A DNA stretch of 42,874 nucleotides, from the IMG/VR virus record IMGVR_UViG_3300027111_000003. One strand, written 5' to 3'. Both the position numbers and the translations under genes were made by a program. Positions 1 to 6,501 of the stretch are shown in pieces. This DNA comes from a virus. The notes below the pieces were generated by a model that saw nothing but the letters and a program-made list of their open reading frames with translations, was not told the origin of the DNA and did not search any database. The stretch's first letter is position 1; each line of letters starts with the position of its first letter.

Positions 1-46
1 GATTTAGGTTCTTCCGTGTTTTCTCTCCGGTAAAGAAGACAATAAA

Positions 47-79
47 CTCAAGGTCCTAGCAAACCTTGGGTTTTTCTTT
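47..79 (+). terminator. Intrinsic terminator upstream of the RNAP gene region
   Basis: Stem CTCAAGGT/ACCTTGGG (8 bp including one G-U) with an 8-nt loop, followed by TTTTTCTTT. It lies about 100 bp downstream of tRNA-Leu in the circular map. A duplicate copy sits at 42794-42826. Confidence 0.75.
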
Positions 80-83
80 GCCC

Positions 84-106
84 TAAATATCTTCTGTATC
101 GGAGAG
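84..106 (+). promoter_or_regulatory. Family-A-type 23-bp motif (variant): TAAATATCTTCTGTATC|GGAGAGA
   Basis: A/T-rich 5' end, a pyrimidine block and a GGAGAGA start region. The 11-mer TATCGGAGAGA recurs at 39492-39502. A degenerate second copy, CTGCGATAGCGGAG, lies at 108-121. Confidence 0.4.
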
Positions 107-147
107 ACTGCGATAGCGGAGTGCCACGTTTTCTGGAGGCTAATCAG

Positions 148-345
148 ATGGAAATAAAGGATATTCTTGCGATAATCGGAACGGTGGCGATTTGGTTCGT
201 TGTGACAATGGCACTCCTCGGGATGACCCTGGTGCCTCTGTCCCTTTTCCTGGAGCAGCAGTGGGAACTGTATCTCCAGCGCCGAAAGGATCGCAAGCGG
301 AGAGAACGAGCAGAACGTAACGCGCTGAAAAAGCTGGAGAATTGA
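148..345 (+). CDS. Small membrane protein with basic C-terminal helix (hypothetical)
   Basis: ATG at 148 is preceded by GGAGG with 7-nt spacing. There is one clear hydrophobic span (ILAIIGTVAIWFVVTMALLGMTLVPLSLFL) and then a K/R/E-rich tail. The track ORF 121..345 uses an upstream non-ATG start. Confidence 0.5.
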   Translation: MEIKDILAIIGTVAIWFVVTMALLGMTLVPLSLFLEQQWELYLQRRKDRKRRERAERNALKKLEN

Positions 346-368
346 GAAGATCGCTCCGCTAACGGAGG

Positions 369-391
369 AATTACCCCTCCATACAGCACAT
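369..391 (+). promoter_or_regulatory. Family-B phage promoter candidate B1 (AATTACCCCTCCATACA|G)
   Basis: The 18-bp stretch 369-386 is identical to 12606-12623. It has T3/T7-group architecture and lies 33 nt upstream of the RNAP ATG. Confidence 0.6.
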
Positions 392-423
392 TCGAACAAC
401 CTTCGAGCAACGATGAGGCTTGA

Positions 424-2913
424 ATGATTACCGAAGACCTATACCAGACCGAGCTTGCCCTTGAGGAAGAAGCTCGGGGCCTGACGATCCAGCGGTTCCA
501 CAGAGAGCATCTCAAGGGAACCTTAGAGGAAACCTTCAGTGAGACCTTTCTTGGTTCTCATCTAATCGGAAACTACCTAGTCCCTTACACTCAGGGCATC
601 TCTGAGTGGCTAAGGGCCTCCAATTCAGGCAAGGCAGGAAGGCGTAGTAGAGCTGCTGTCTTGATCGAACACGTCGATCCGGCGCTCCTCGCCTTCCTGA
701 TGCTGAAAGCCATCCTCAACAAGGTGGGTGTCTACCACGAGGGCAAGTCTTGCTCGTTCACCGGCCTAGCCATCTACGGCGCGGGTCTGGTGCACGACGA
801 GCTCCGCCTCCGGGAGTTCGACGCCGAACACGCCAAGTTGTCTAAGCGCATCCACGCCGACTTCGCCAGCCGCGAGCTGACCAGGTCGAAGCGTGAGGAG
901 TACATGCAGAAGGTCTTCGAGAAGCACGACATGGAATGGTCGGTGTGGACGAAGACCGAGATGGTGCAAGTAGGCACGGCGCTCCTGGATGTCTTCCGGG
1001 CCGTCACGGGTGACATCGAGATCATCACCGAGGGAAGCGGCAAGGGGAAGCGGGACGTCGTCCAGCCCTCCCTCGGCCTCCTCCAGGCGGTCGAGATGAC
1101 CTCGGATCACTGCGAGGCTCTCTTCACCACCTACTTCCCGACCGTCATACCGCCCCGTCCGTGGTCGGTGGACACCCTGGAGACCGGAGGCTACCACAGC
1201 CACCACGTCACCCCGTATCCGCTCGTGAAGGCGTCCAAGAAGGCGTACCGCACGATCCTCCGGGATGCCGTGGAAGCCGGAAAGGTGTCTCGGGTCCTCC
1301 AGGCCGTGAATGGCCTCCAGGACACCCGGTGGTGCATCAATGTCCGAGCTCTGGACGCCATCGAGGCTGTCTACGAGCGCAACATCCCTTGCGGCAAGCT
1401 CCCCCGAGCCGACCGGAAGATACCCGACCCGCCGCCGAAGTCGCTGGAGGGCCTGGACATTGACCACCCTGACGTGAAAGCCTACCGCGTATACTGCTTC
1501 GGCGTTCATGAGAACAACCGGCGCATCATTGGCAAGCGCGTCATGGCGCAGCGAGCCTTCCACCTGGCCCGTAAGTTCTCTCAGTTCGAGGCCATCTACT
1601 TTCCACATGACCTCGACAGCCGGGGCAGGGCTTATCCCAAGCCGTCCGGCCTTAACCCTCAAGGACCCGATTATGTCAAAGGCATCCTTCAGTTTGCGGA
1701 GGCCAAAAGTCTCGGGCAAAGCGGCCTCTTCTGGCTGGGAGTGCACGGAGCTAACTGTTATGGGGAGGACAAGCTACCTCTGGACCAACGCTCGACTTGG
1801 GCGCGAGATAATTTGGAGCTCGCCCGACGTGTGGCCCGGAACCCACTGCAAGAACTCTCATGGACTCGATGTGATAACCCTGTCCAGTTCCTCGCGTGGT
1901 GCTTCGAGTGGGCAGAAGCCCATTCCCTCCAAGACCCGACCACGTACCGGTCGCGACTCCATGTAGACCTCGATGCAACCTGCTCCGGCCTCCAGCACTT
2001 CTCGGCTATGCTCCGGGACAAGGTTGGCGGCTTCCACGTCAACATGACGCCCAACGATGTCCGCCAGGATGTCTACGGGGCCGTCGCCAAGGAAGCGATC
2101 AAGCTGATCGATGCTGACGAGGACGAGGAGAAGGTAACCCTCGCCGACGCCTGGAGAACCTTCGGGATGACCCGGAGCACGACCAAGCGATCGGTGATGG
2201 TCAAGCCCTATGCTGGCACCCGCCAGTCTTGCACGAACTATGTCTCCGAAGCCGTCGAGGACGCCCTGAAAGATGGCGTAGCCCTCCCGGTTCCCCGAGA
2301 GCTCATGTGGGAGTTCAAGATGTACGGGGCCGACAAGGTGTGGAAGGCAATCCCAAAGGTTGTCGTCGCCGCAGACGGGGCCATGCAATGGCTCATGGCG
2401 ATCTCACGCCTGGTCGGTAGGTCACAGCCTAGCCAACGCCGGATCGAATGGGTGACCCCCCTGGGGCTCCCGGTGCACCAGTACAAGTTCGACACCCGGT
2501 CCCGCAGGGTCGAGACGTTCTTTGATGGCGCTCGCATCCAGCCCCGGATCACCGAGGACCTCGATAGCCTCGATCCGAGACAGATGGCTACCTCGGTGGC
2601 CCCCTCGTTCGTCCACTCGCTCGACGCTTGCCACCTCCAGGCAACCCTGAGTGCCGCTATGGACGATGGCATGACCTACTTCGCGGCTGTCCACGATAGC
2701 TTCGGGGTCCATGCTGCCGATGTCGAAAGGTTCACCAGGATCATCCGAGAGCAATTCGTTCAGATGTACGAGGAGCACGACGTCCTGGCCGAGTTCCTGG
2801 AGACAGCCTCGCCGTTGATCCTGCCGGAACTTCGGGAGGAAATCCCGACGTTACCCCCTAAGGGCTCCCTGGACCTCCGGGGCATCCTTGAAAATCAGTT
2901 CTTCTTTTCCTGA
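424..2913 (+). CDS. T7-family single-subunit DNA-dependent RNA polymerase
   Basis: 829-aa ORF. Catalytic motifs are visible in the translation (DLDATCSGLQHF, AAVHDSFGVH), as is a specificity-loop region (GARIQPRI) and a C-terminal FFFS foot comparable to T7 FAFA. Confidence 0.97.
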   Translation: MITEDLYQTELALEEEARGLTIQRFHREHLKGTLEETFSETFLGSHLIGNYLVPYTQGISEWLRASNSGKAGRRSRAAVLIEHVDPALLAFLMLKAILNKVGVYHEGKSCSFTGLAIYGAGLVHDELRLREFDAEHAKLSKRIHADFASRELTRSKREEYMQKVFEKHDMEWSVWTKTEMVQVGTALLDVFRAVTGDIEIITEGSGKGKRDVVQPSLGLLQAVEMTSDHCEALFTTYFPTVIPPRPWSVDTLETGGYHSHHVTPYPLVKASKKAYRTILRDAVEAGKVSRVLQAVNGLQDTRWCINVRALDAIEAVYERNIPCGKLPRADRKIPDPPPKSLEGLDIDHPDVKAYRVYCFGVHENNRRIIGKRVMAQRAFHLARKFSQFEAIYFPHDLDSRGRAYPKPSGLNPQGPDYVKGILQFAEAKSLGQSGLFWLGVHGANCYGEDKLPLDQRSTWARDNLELARRVARNPLQELSWTRCDNPVQFLAWCFEWAEAHSLQDPTTYRSRLHVDLDATCSGLQHFSAMLRDKVGGFHVNMTPNDVRQDVYGAVAKEAIKLIDADEDEEKVTLADAWRTFGMTRSTTKRSVMVKPYAGTRQSCTNYVSEAVEDALKDGVALPVPRELMWEFKMYGADKVWKAIPKVVVAADGAMQWLMAISRLVGRSQPSQRRIEWVTPLGLPVHQYKFDTRSRRVETFFDGARIQPRITEDLDSLDPRQMATSVAPSFVHSLDACHLQATLSAAMDDGMTYFAAVHDSFGVHAADVERFTRIIREQFVQMYEEHDVLAEFLETASPLILPELREEIPTLPPKGSLDLRGILENQFFFS

Positions 2914-2914
2914 A

Positions 2915-2937
2915 ACAATCTCTACGATAACGGAGAT
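2915..2937 (+). promoter_or_regulatory. Family-A 23-bp motif (ACAATCTCTACGATAAC|GGAGAT)
   Basis: Conserved core CGATAACGGAGA. It lies immediately after the RNAP stop, and its GGAG doubles as the Shine-Dalgarno for the ATG at 2943. Confidence 0.5.
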
Positions 2938-2942
2938 AAAGT

Positions 2943-3302
2943 ATGACCACCTTCAAGCCAGGTGATAAGGTTCGCGTGAACCCCACGCAGGAAAATATCA
3001 CGTACTTTCGGGCCAACGCTCCCGGAGTGAGTATACAAGACCCCTTCACGGTAAAAGAACAGAGAGGGTACCTTTTATCATGCGAGGAACTTGCGCAGAG
3101 ACACTACGCTGACAGGTTCTATCTCGTCTCACCACCGGTCGCTGAGAAACCCCGCCAGCTCCTCACGGTTCTCCAGATGGATCGGGCTATCGCCGCCGCT
3201 GGCGGGACCCCGAGTGTCCTCGAAGAGTACCTCGATCGGCCACTCTCGGACTTCATCCAGAACGTCATGGCCCCGAACAGTCTCACCCTCAAGTACAAAT
3301 AA
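2943..3302 (+). CDS. Hypothetical protein
   Basis: 119-aa ORF whose ATG lies 7 nt after GGAG. Coding-like composition; no recognisable motif. Confidence 0.7.
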   Translation: MTTFKPGDKVRVNPTQENITYFRANAPGVSIQDPFTVKEQRGYLLSCEELAQRHYADRFYLVSPPVAEKPRQLLTVLQMDRAIAAAGGTPSVLEEYLDRPLSDFIQNVMAPNSLTLKYK

Positions 3303-3309
3303 CGGGAGA
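3287..3309 (+). promoter_or_regulatory. Degenerate family-A motif (AAATAACGGGAGA)
   Basis: ATAACGGGAGA overlaps the stop of the preceding ORF and supplies the SD for the ATG at 3318. It carries one extra G relative to the core. Confidence 0.3.
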
Positions 3310-3317
3310 CCACGCAG

Positions 3318-3803
3318 ATGCGTGCTTTGATCCTGGCGGCACTCTCCGCCCTGGTAATGACAGCATACGCATACGCAGCCCCTATACCGCCGACCTACAC
3401 GATCTCCGAGGATTTCGGAGGCCGCCTGGACGAATACGAGCACAAGTACAACCGGTGGTCCCGCGAGGGTGCCAAGGTGATCCTCGACGGCATCTGCGGG
3501 AGCGCCTGTACGGTGGTCCTCAGTACCAAGTACAACCTGGATGTCTGTGCGACGGACAGGGCCGAGGTCCTCTTCCACATGCCCTTCATGCTCGACAAGC
3601 ACATGAAGCTCGTGGACACCCCGTACAACCGGGCACTCGCGATGGTGATCTGGCACGACCATTTCCTGCGGGTCCTCCCGCCCAAGATGGCGGCTGTACT
3701 GGAGAAGAAAAAGATACCGAGCGTCTACGAAGGCGCTGAGTACAACGAGATGATCGGATGGAAAGCCCCCGATCTTTTCAAACACGTCAAACCCTGTAAC
3801 TAA
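3318..3803 (+). CDS. Secreted/periplasmic protein with cleavable signal peptide (hypothetical)
   Basis: 161 aa. The N-terminus MRALILAALSALVMTAYAYA|AP is a typical Sec signal. The mature part contains G-x-C-G-SAC and several Cys. It weakly resembles ClpP/SppA-fold periplasmic protein families, from memory only. Confidence 0.75.
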   Translation: MRALILAALSALVMTAYAYAAPIPPTYTISEDFGGRLDEYEHKYNRWSREGAKVILDGICGSACTVVLSTKYNLDVCATDRAEVLFHMPFMLDKHMKLVDTPYNRALAMVIWHDHFLRVLPPKMAAVLEKKKIPSVYEGAEYNEMIGWKAPDLFKHVKPCN

Positions 3804-3823
3804 TTCTCTACGATAACGGAGAA
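3801..3823 (+). promoter_or_regulatory. Family-A 23-bp motif (TAATTCTCTACGATAAC|GGAGAA)
   Basis: Exact core CTCTACGATAACGGAGA as at 2920-2936. It overlaps the upstream stop codon and provides the SD for the ATG at 3830. Confidence 0.5.
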
Positions 3824-3829
3824 ATAACC

Positions 3830-4033
3830 ATGTTCAGCCCGACTACCTCGTCTGCCCTCAAGGACCTCACGAAGTCCCTCGCGAAACTTCGCGCCGCCGC
3901 TTCCGCCGCCAACCGCCGCAAGGAAGCCGCCGATCGTCTTATCTGCGACCTCGTCGCCAAGTCCGAAGCCGAGAAGGCCGAGGTCGACCACGCCCTCCGC
4001 GTGGCTAGTAAGCTGTCCGATCTCCTCGCCTGA
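3830..4033 (+). CDS. Hypothetical Ala-rich helical protein
   Basis: 67-aa ORF directly downstream of a family-A motif/SD. Composition looks like a coiled coil. Confidence 0.6.
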   Translation: MFSPTTSSALKDLTKSLAKLRAAASAANRRKEAADRLICDLVAKSEAEKAEVDHALRVASKLSDLLA

Positions 4034-4057
4034 TCCCCCAATACCCATACCTTTTTT

Positions 4058-4080
4058 CTAATCCCTCCGATAACGAAGGA
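4058..4080 (+). promoter_or_regulatory. Family-A 23-bp motif variant (CTAATCCCTCCGATAAC|GAAGGA)
   Basis: TAAT + CCCTCC + GATAAC architecture, sequence-wise intermediate between families A and B. AAGGA serves as the SD for the ATG at 4087. Confidence 0.45.
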
Positions 4081-4086
4081 AATTCA

Positions 4087-4317
4087 ATGACCCCGACTGC
4101 ACAGATGAAAGCCATCCGCTCGAACACCCGCTACGTGGAGGCTTCCGTCCACTACAACCGCCGCAAGTTTGACAAGAAATACGAGGTTGTCGCTCGCCTC
4201 TACGACGACGCCCTCGAAGACCTCGGCGTTGCCATCGGCGGGGAAGTTGTCCTCGACGTCCGCGAAGACCGCCACGACGCCCTCGAAAGCGTCCGCTTCT
4301 TCCGTAACCAGGGCTGA
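4087..4317 (+). CDS. Hypothetical protein
   Basis: 76-aa ORF with an SD 7 nt upstream. Confidence 0.65.
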   Translation: MTPTAQMKAIRSNTRYVEASVHYNRRKFDKKYEVVARLYDDALEDLGVAIGGEVVLDVREDRHDALESVRFFRNQG

Positions 4318-4325
4318 GGTGGACC

Positions 4326-4613
4326 ATGCGAGCACGTCGCTGCCCCGGTTGCGGGGACCGTTTCTACCACAACCCAGCCGAACCCAAGAACACCTGCCAG
4401 AACTGCGCGGGGGAATACGATCCCACGAAGCAAGCGCAGGAAGACGCGGCGAACATCGCCCGTGTCAACGACTTCCGGGTCCTCGGCAATCGTAAGCAGA
4501 CGGTGGACCTGAAGACCCTTCAGGACGCCCAAAAGGCCGCGTCAGGCGATGACGTGGCGGAACCCAATCAGGTGGCCGCACCGGCTCCGCGAGGCAAGAA
4601 TGCAAAGAGTTAA
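4326..4613 (+). CDS. Zinc-ribbon protein (hypothetical)
   Basis: 95 aa. Has CPGC...17 residues...CQNC near the N-terminus. SD GAGGTGG lies upstream of the ATG. Confidence 0.6.
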   Translation: MRARRCPGCGDRFYHNPAEPKNTCQNCAGEYDPTKQAQEDAANIARVNDFRVLGNRKQTVDLKTLQDAQKAASGDDVAEPNQVAAPAPRGKNAKS

Positions 4614-4869
4614 CCTTCCCTTCTTCGTCACCCGAGTCGATAGCGCCGCCCAGTACGTGGATGACTTCGGCGACCTGCTTGATCTGATCGTGGACCAGTC
4701 CGTGGACGATCCTGATTACCAGACTTTCTCCGAGGCGCTCCAGGACGACTGGAACGACGAGGACCACCGCCTTGAAGTCTTCGGCCCCCACTTCACCGAA
4801 GAGACCCTCAAGGACACGCTCGACCTCTGCGAGGCGGTCGAGGCAATGAACAAAGGCTACATTCTCTAA
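4600..4869 (+). CDS. Acidic hypothetical protein
   Basis: ATG at 4600 with a GAGG SD. 89 aa and very Asp/Glu-rich. The track ORF 4549..4869 begins upstream inside the previous gene. Confidence 0.55.
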   Translation: MQRVNLPFFVTRVDSAAQYVDDFGDLLDLIVDQSVDDPDYQTFSEALQDDWNDEDHRLEVFGPHFTEETLKDTLDLCEAVEAMNKGYIL

Positions 4870-5481
4870 ATGGCAAATCCAGTCCTGACACTCACGAAGG
4901 GTGTCGCAGTCTATCCGGCACTGAACCGCCCGGACACCAAATTCGATGAACTCGGCCAGTACAAGGCTGATGTCAAAATGAGCGCCGAGGATGCCGCTCC
5001 CTTCATCGCACGTATCCAGGCGGTCGCCAAGGAACACATGGGCAAGGTCCTTCCCAAGGCCAAGAACTCGGCCTTCGAGATGGTCCTGAACGACGACGGC
5101 GAGGAGACCGGAGAGGTCCTCTTCAAAATCCGAGTGAAGAACAAGCTCCGCAAGTCTGACGGGAAACTGTGGGACCGCCGACCGCTTATCATTGATGCCA
5201 AGAAGAATGACCTCCCGGTGGATGTCGCCATCTGGGGCGGCACCACGATGCGGGTGCAGCTAGAGGTTTACCCGTGGAACACGGGGGCCAAGAAGGGCAT
5301 CTCGCTCCAGCCGATCATGGTCCAGGTCATCGACCTGAAGACCGGGGGTGGCCGAGGTGATACCGACGCCTTCGATGAAGAAGACGGTTACGAGGCCGAG
5401 GAAGAGAACACGGTCAACAAGAACGCCTTCGACAACGAGGACGATGATGCAACCGTAGATACGGGGTCGGATGACTATTAA
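4870..5481 (+). CDS. Single-stranded DNA-binding protein (T7 gp2.5-like)
   Basis: 203 aa, positioned before endonuclease I. The acidic C-terminal tail (DNEDDDATVDTGSDDY) ends in an aromatic residue, as in gp2.5. Confidence 0.8.
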   Translation: MANPVLTLTKGVAVYPALNRPDTKFDELGQYKADVKMSAEDAAPFIARIQAVAKEHMGKVLPKAKNSAFEMVLNDDGEETGEVLFKIRVKNKLRKSDGKLWDRRPLIIDAKKNDLPVDVAIWGGTTMRVQLEVYPWNTGAKKGISLQPIMVQVIDLKTGGGRGDTDAFDEEDGYEAEEENTVNKNAFDNEDDDATVDTGSDDY

Positions 5482-5866
5482 CAGTCACCGGTTCCGTTCC
5501 GGCCTGGAACGACAGGTGGCCCGTCAGCTAGAGCTGGCGGGTCGCCCCTACGGGTTTGAAGAAGACAAGATCGACTACGTCAAACCCGCGAAGAGGGCCA
5601 AGTACAACCCCGACTTTCACGTCATCAAAAAGCGTGATGGGTCCAAAATGTACATCGAGAGCAAAGGCCGCTTCCTCACCGAGGACCGGGCCAAGCATCT
5701 CCTCATCCGAGATCAACATCCCGAGTTGGACATCCGCTTCGTGTTCCAGAACGCGAACGCCCGGATCAGTAAGACCTCGTCCACCACCTACGCCCGGTGG
5801 TGCACCGACAAGGGCTTCAAGTTCTCCGACAAGGGCATCATCCCAAAAGACTGGTTGAATGAATGA
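5471..5866 (+). CDS. Endonuclease I / Holliday-junction resolvase (T7 gp3-like)
   Basis: 131 aa. By-eye alignment to T7 gp3: FRSGLE, YNPDF, ESKG, HLLIRDQHPELDIRFVF, KGFKFSDK. Confidence 0.9.
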   Translation: MTINSHRFRSGLERQVARQLELAGRPYGFEEDKIDYVKPAKRAKYNPDFHVIKKRDGSKMYIESKGRFLTEDRAKHLLIRDQHPELDIRFVFQNANARISKTSSTTYARWCTDKGFKFSDKGIIPKDWLNE

Positions 5867-6501
5867 GAGTACTCGTTGCCTGTGAATACTCAGGCCGGGT
5901 CCGGGACGCCTTCGCTGCGCTGGGACACTACGCCCTTTCCTGTGACCTACTCCCTACGGAAGCAGAGGGAAACCACTACCAAGGCGATGTATCGGACATC
6001 ATAAACGACGGCTGGGACCTCATGGTTGCCCACCCGCCCTGCACGGACCTCGCGGTCTCCGGGGCTCGCCACTTCGCCGCCAAGATCGCCGATGGTCGCC
6101 AGCAGAGAGCCTTGGATTTCGTCCAGTTCCTCATGGATGCCCCCATCGATCGCATCTGCATTGAGAACCCCATCAGCATTATCAGCAGCCGCATCCGCAA
6201 GCCTGAGCAGATCATCCAGCCGTGGCAGTTTGGTCATCCTGAATTCAAGGCGACGTGTCTCTGGCTCAAGGGTCTCCAGCCGCTCACCCCGGTTAACCCA
6301 TTGGTTCCTCCTACAAAGCCCACAGGTTTCCTTACTCCCGAGGAATATGAGATCGCGTTGAAAGAGTGGCGGGGATGGAACCGAGTTCATCAGCTTCCCC
6401 CCGGTCCCAACCGGTGGAAGGAGCGCAGCCGCACCTTCGAGGGTGTCGCCGCAGCGATGGACGACCAGTGGGGACGTGAAGAACTCAAGGCGGTTGCATG
6501 A
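5863..6501 (+). CDS. Small C5-cytosine-methyltransferase-like protein (no recognisable target-recognition domain)
   Basis: 212 aa. Has motif-I-like VLVACEYSG, motif-IV-like HPPCTDLAVSG (Pro-Cys) and motif-VI-like IENP. ATGA overlap with the upstream stop. Confidence 0.55.
   Translation: MRVLVACEYSGRVRDAFAALGHYALSCDLLPTEAEGNHYQGDVSDIINDGWDLMVAHPPCTDLAVSGARHFAAKIADGRQQRALDFVQFLMDAPIDRICIENPISIISSRIRKPEQIIQPWQFGHPEFKATCLWLKGLQPLTPVNPLVPPTKPTGFLTPEEYEIALKEWRGWNRVHQLPPGPNRWKERSRTFEGVAAAMDDQWGREELKAVA

Larger units (their letters stand above)
1..127. repeat. Terminal direct repeat, copy 1 (identical to 42748..42874)
   Basis: Bases 1-127 recur exactly at 42748-42874. The window closes on itself, either as a circular-assembly overlap or as terminal redundancy. 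Confidence 0.95.

Noticed and set aside
2-9. ATTTAGGT at the very start, identical to the first 8 nt of the SP6 promoter
   Set aside because: The downstream sequence does not continue the SP6 consensus. An 8-mer match is expected by chance.
1-127. End repeats considered as attL/attR of an integrated prophage
   Set aside because: There is no host flank outside them. The repeat does not overlap the tRNA. The enclosed sequence is a complete phage genome that simply circularises.
766-1746. 326-aa minus-strand ORF (and several other long antisense ORFs) inside the RNAP gene
   Set aside because: It is the shadow frame of a G+C-rich, clearly homologous + strand gene. The translation is Arg/Gly/Pro/Val-rich with no motif, and there is no RBS.
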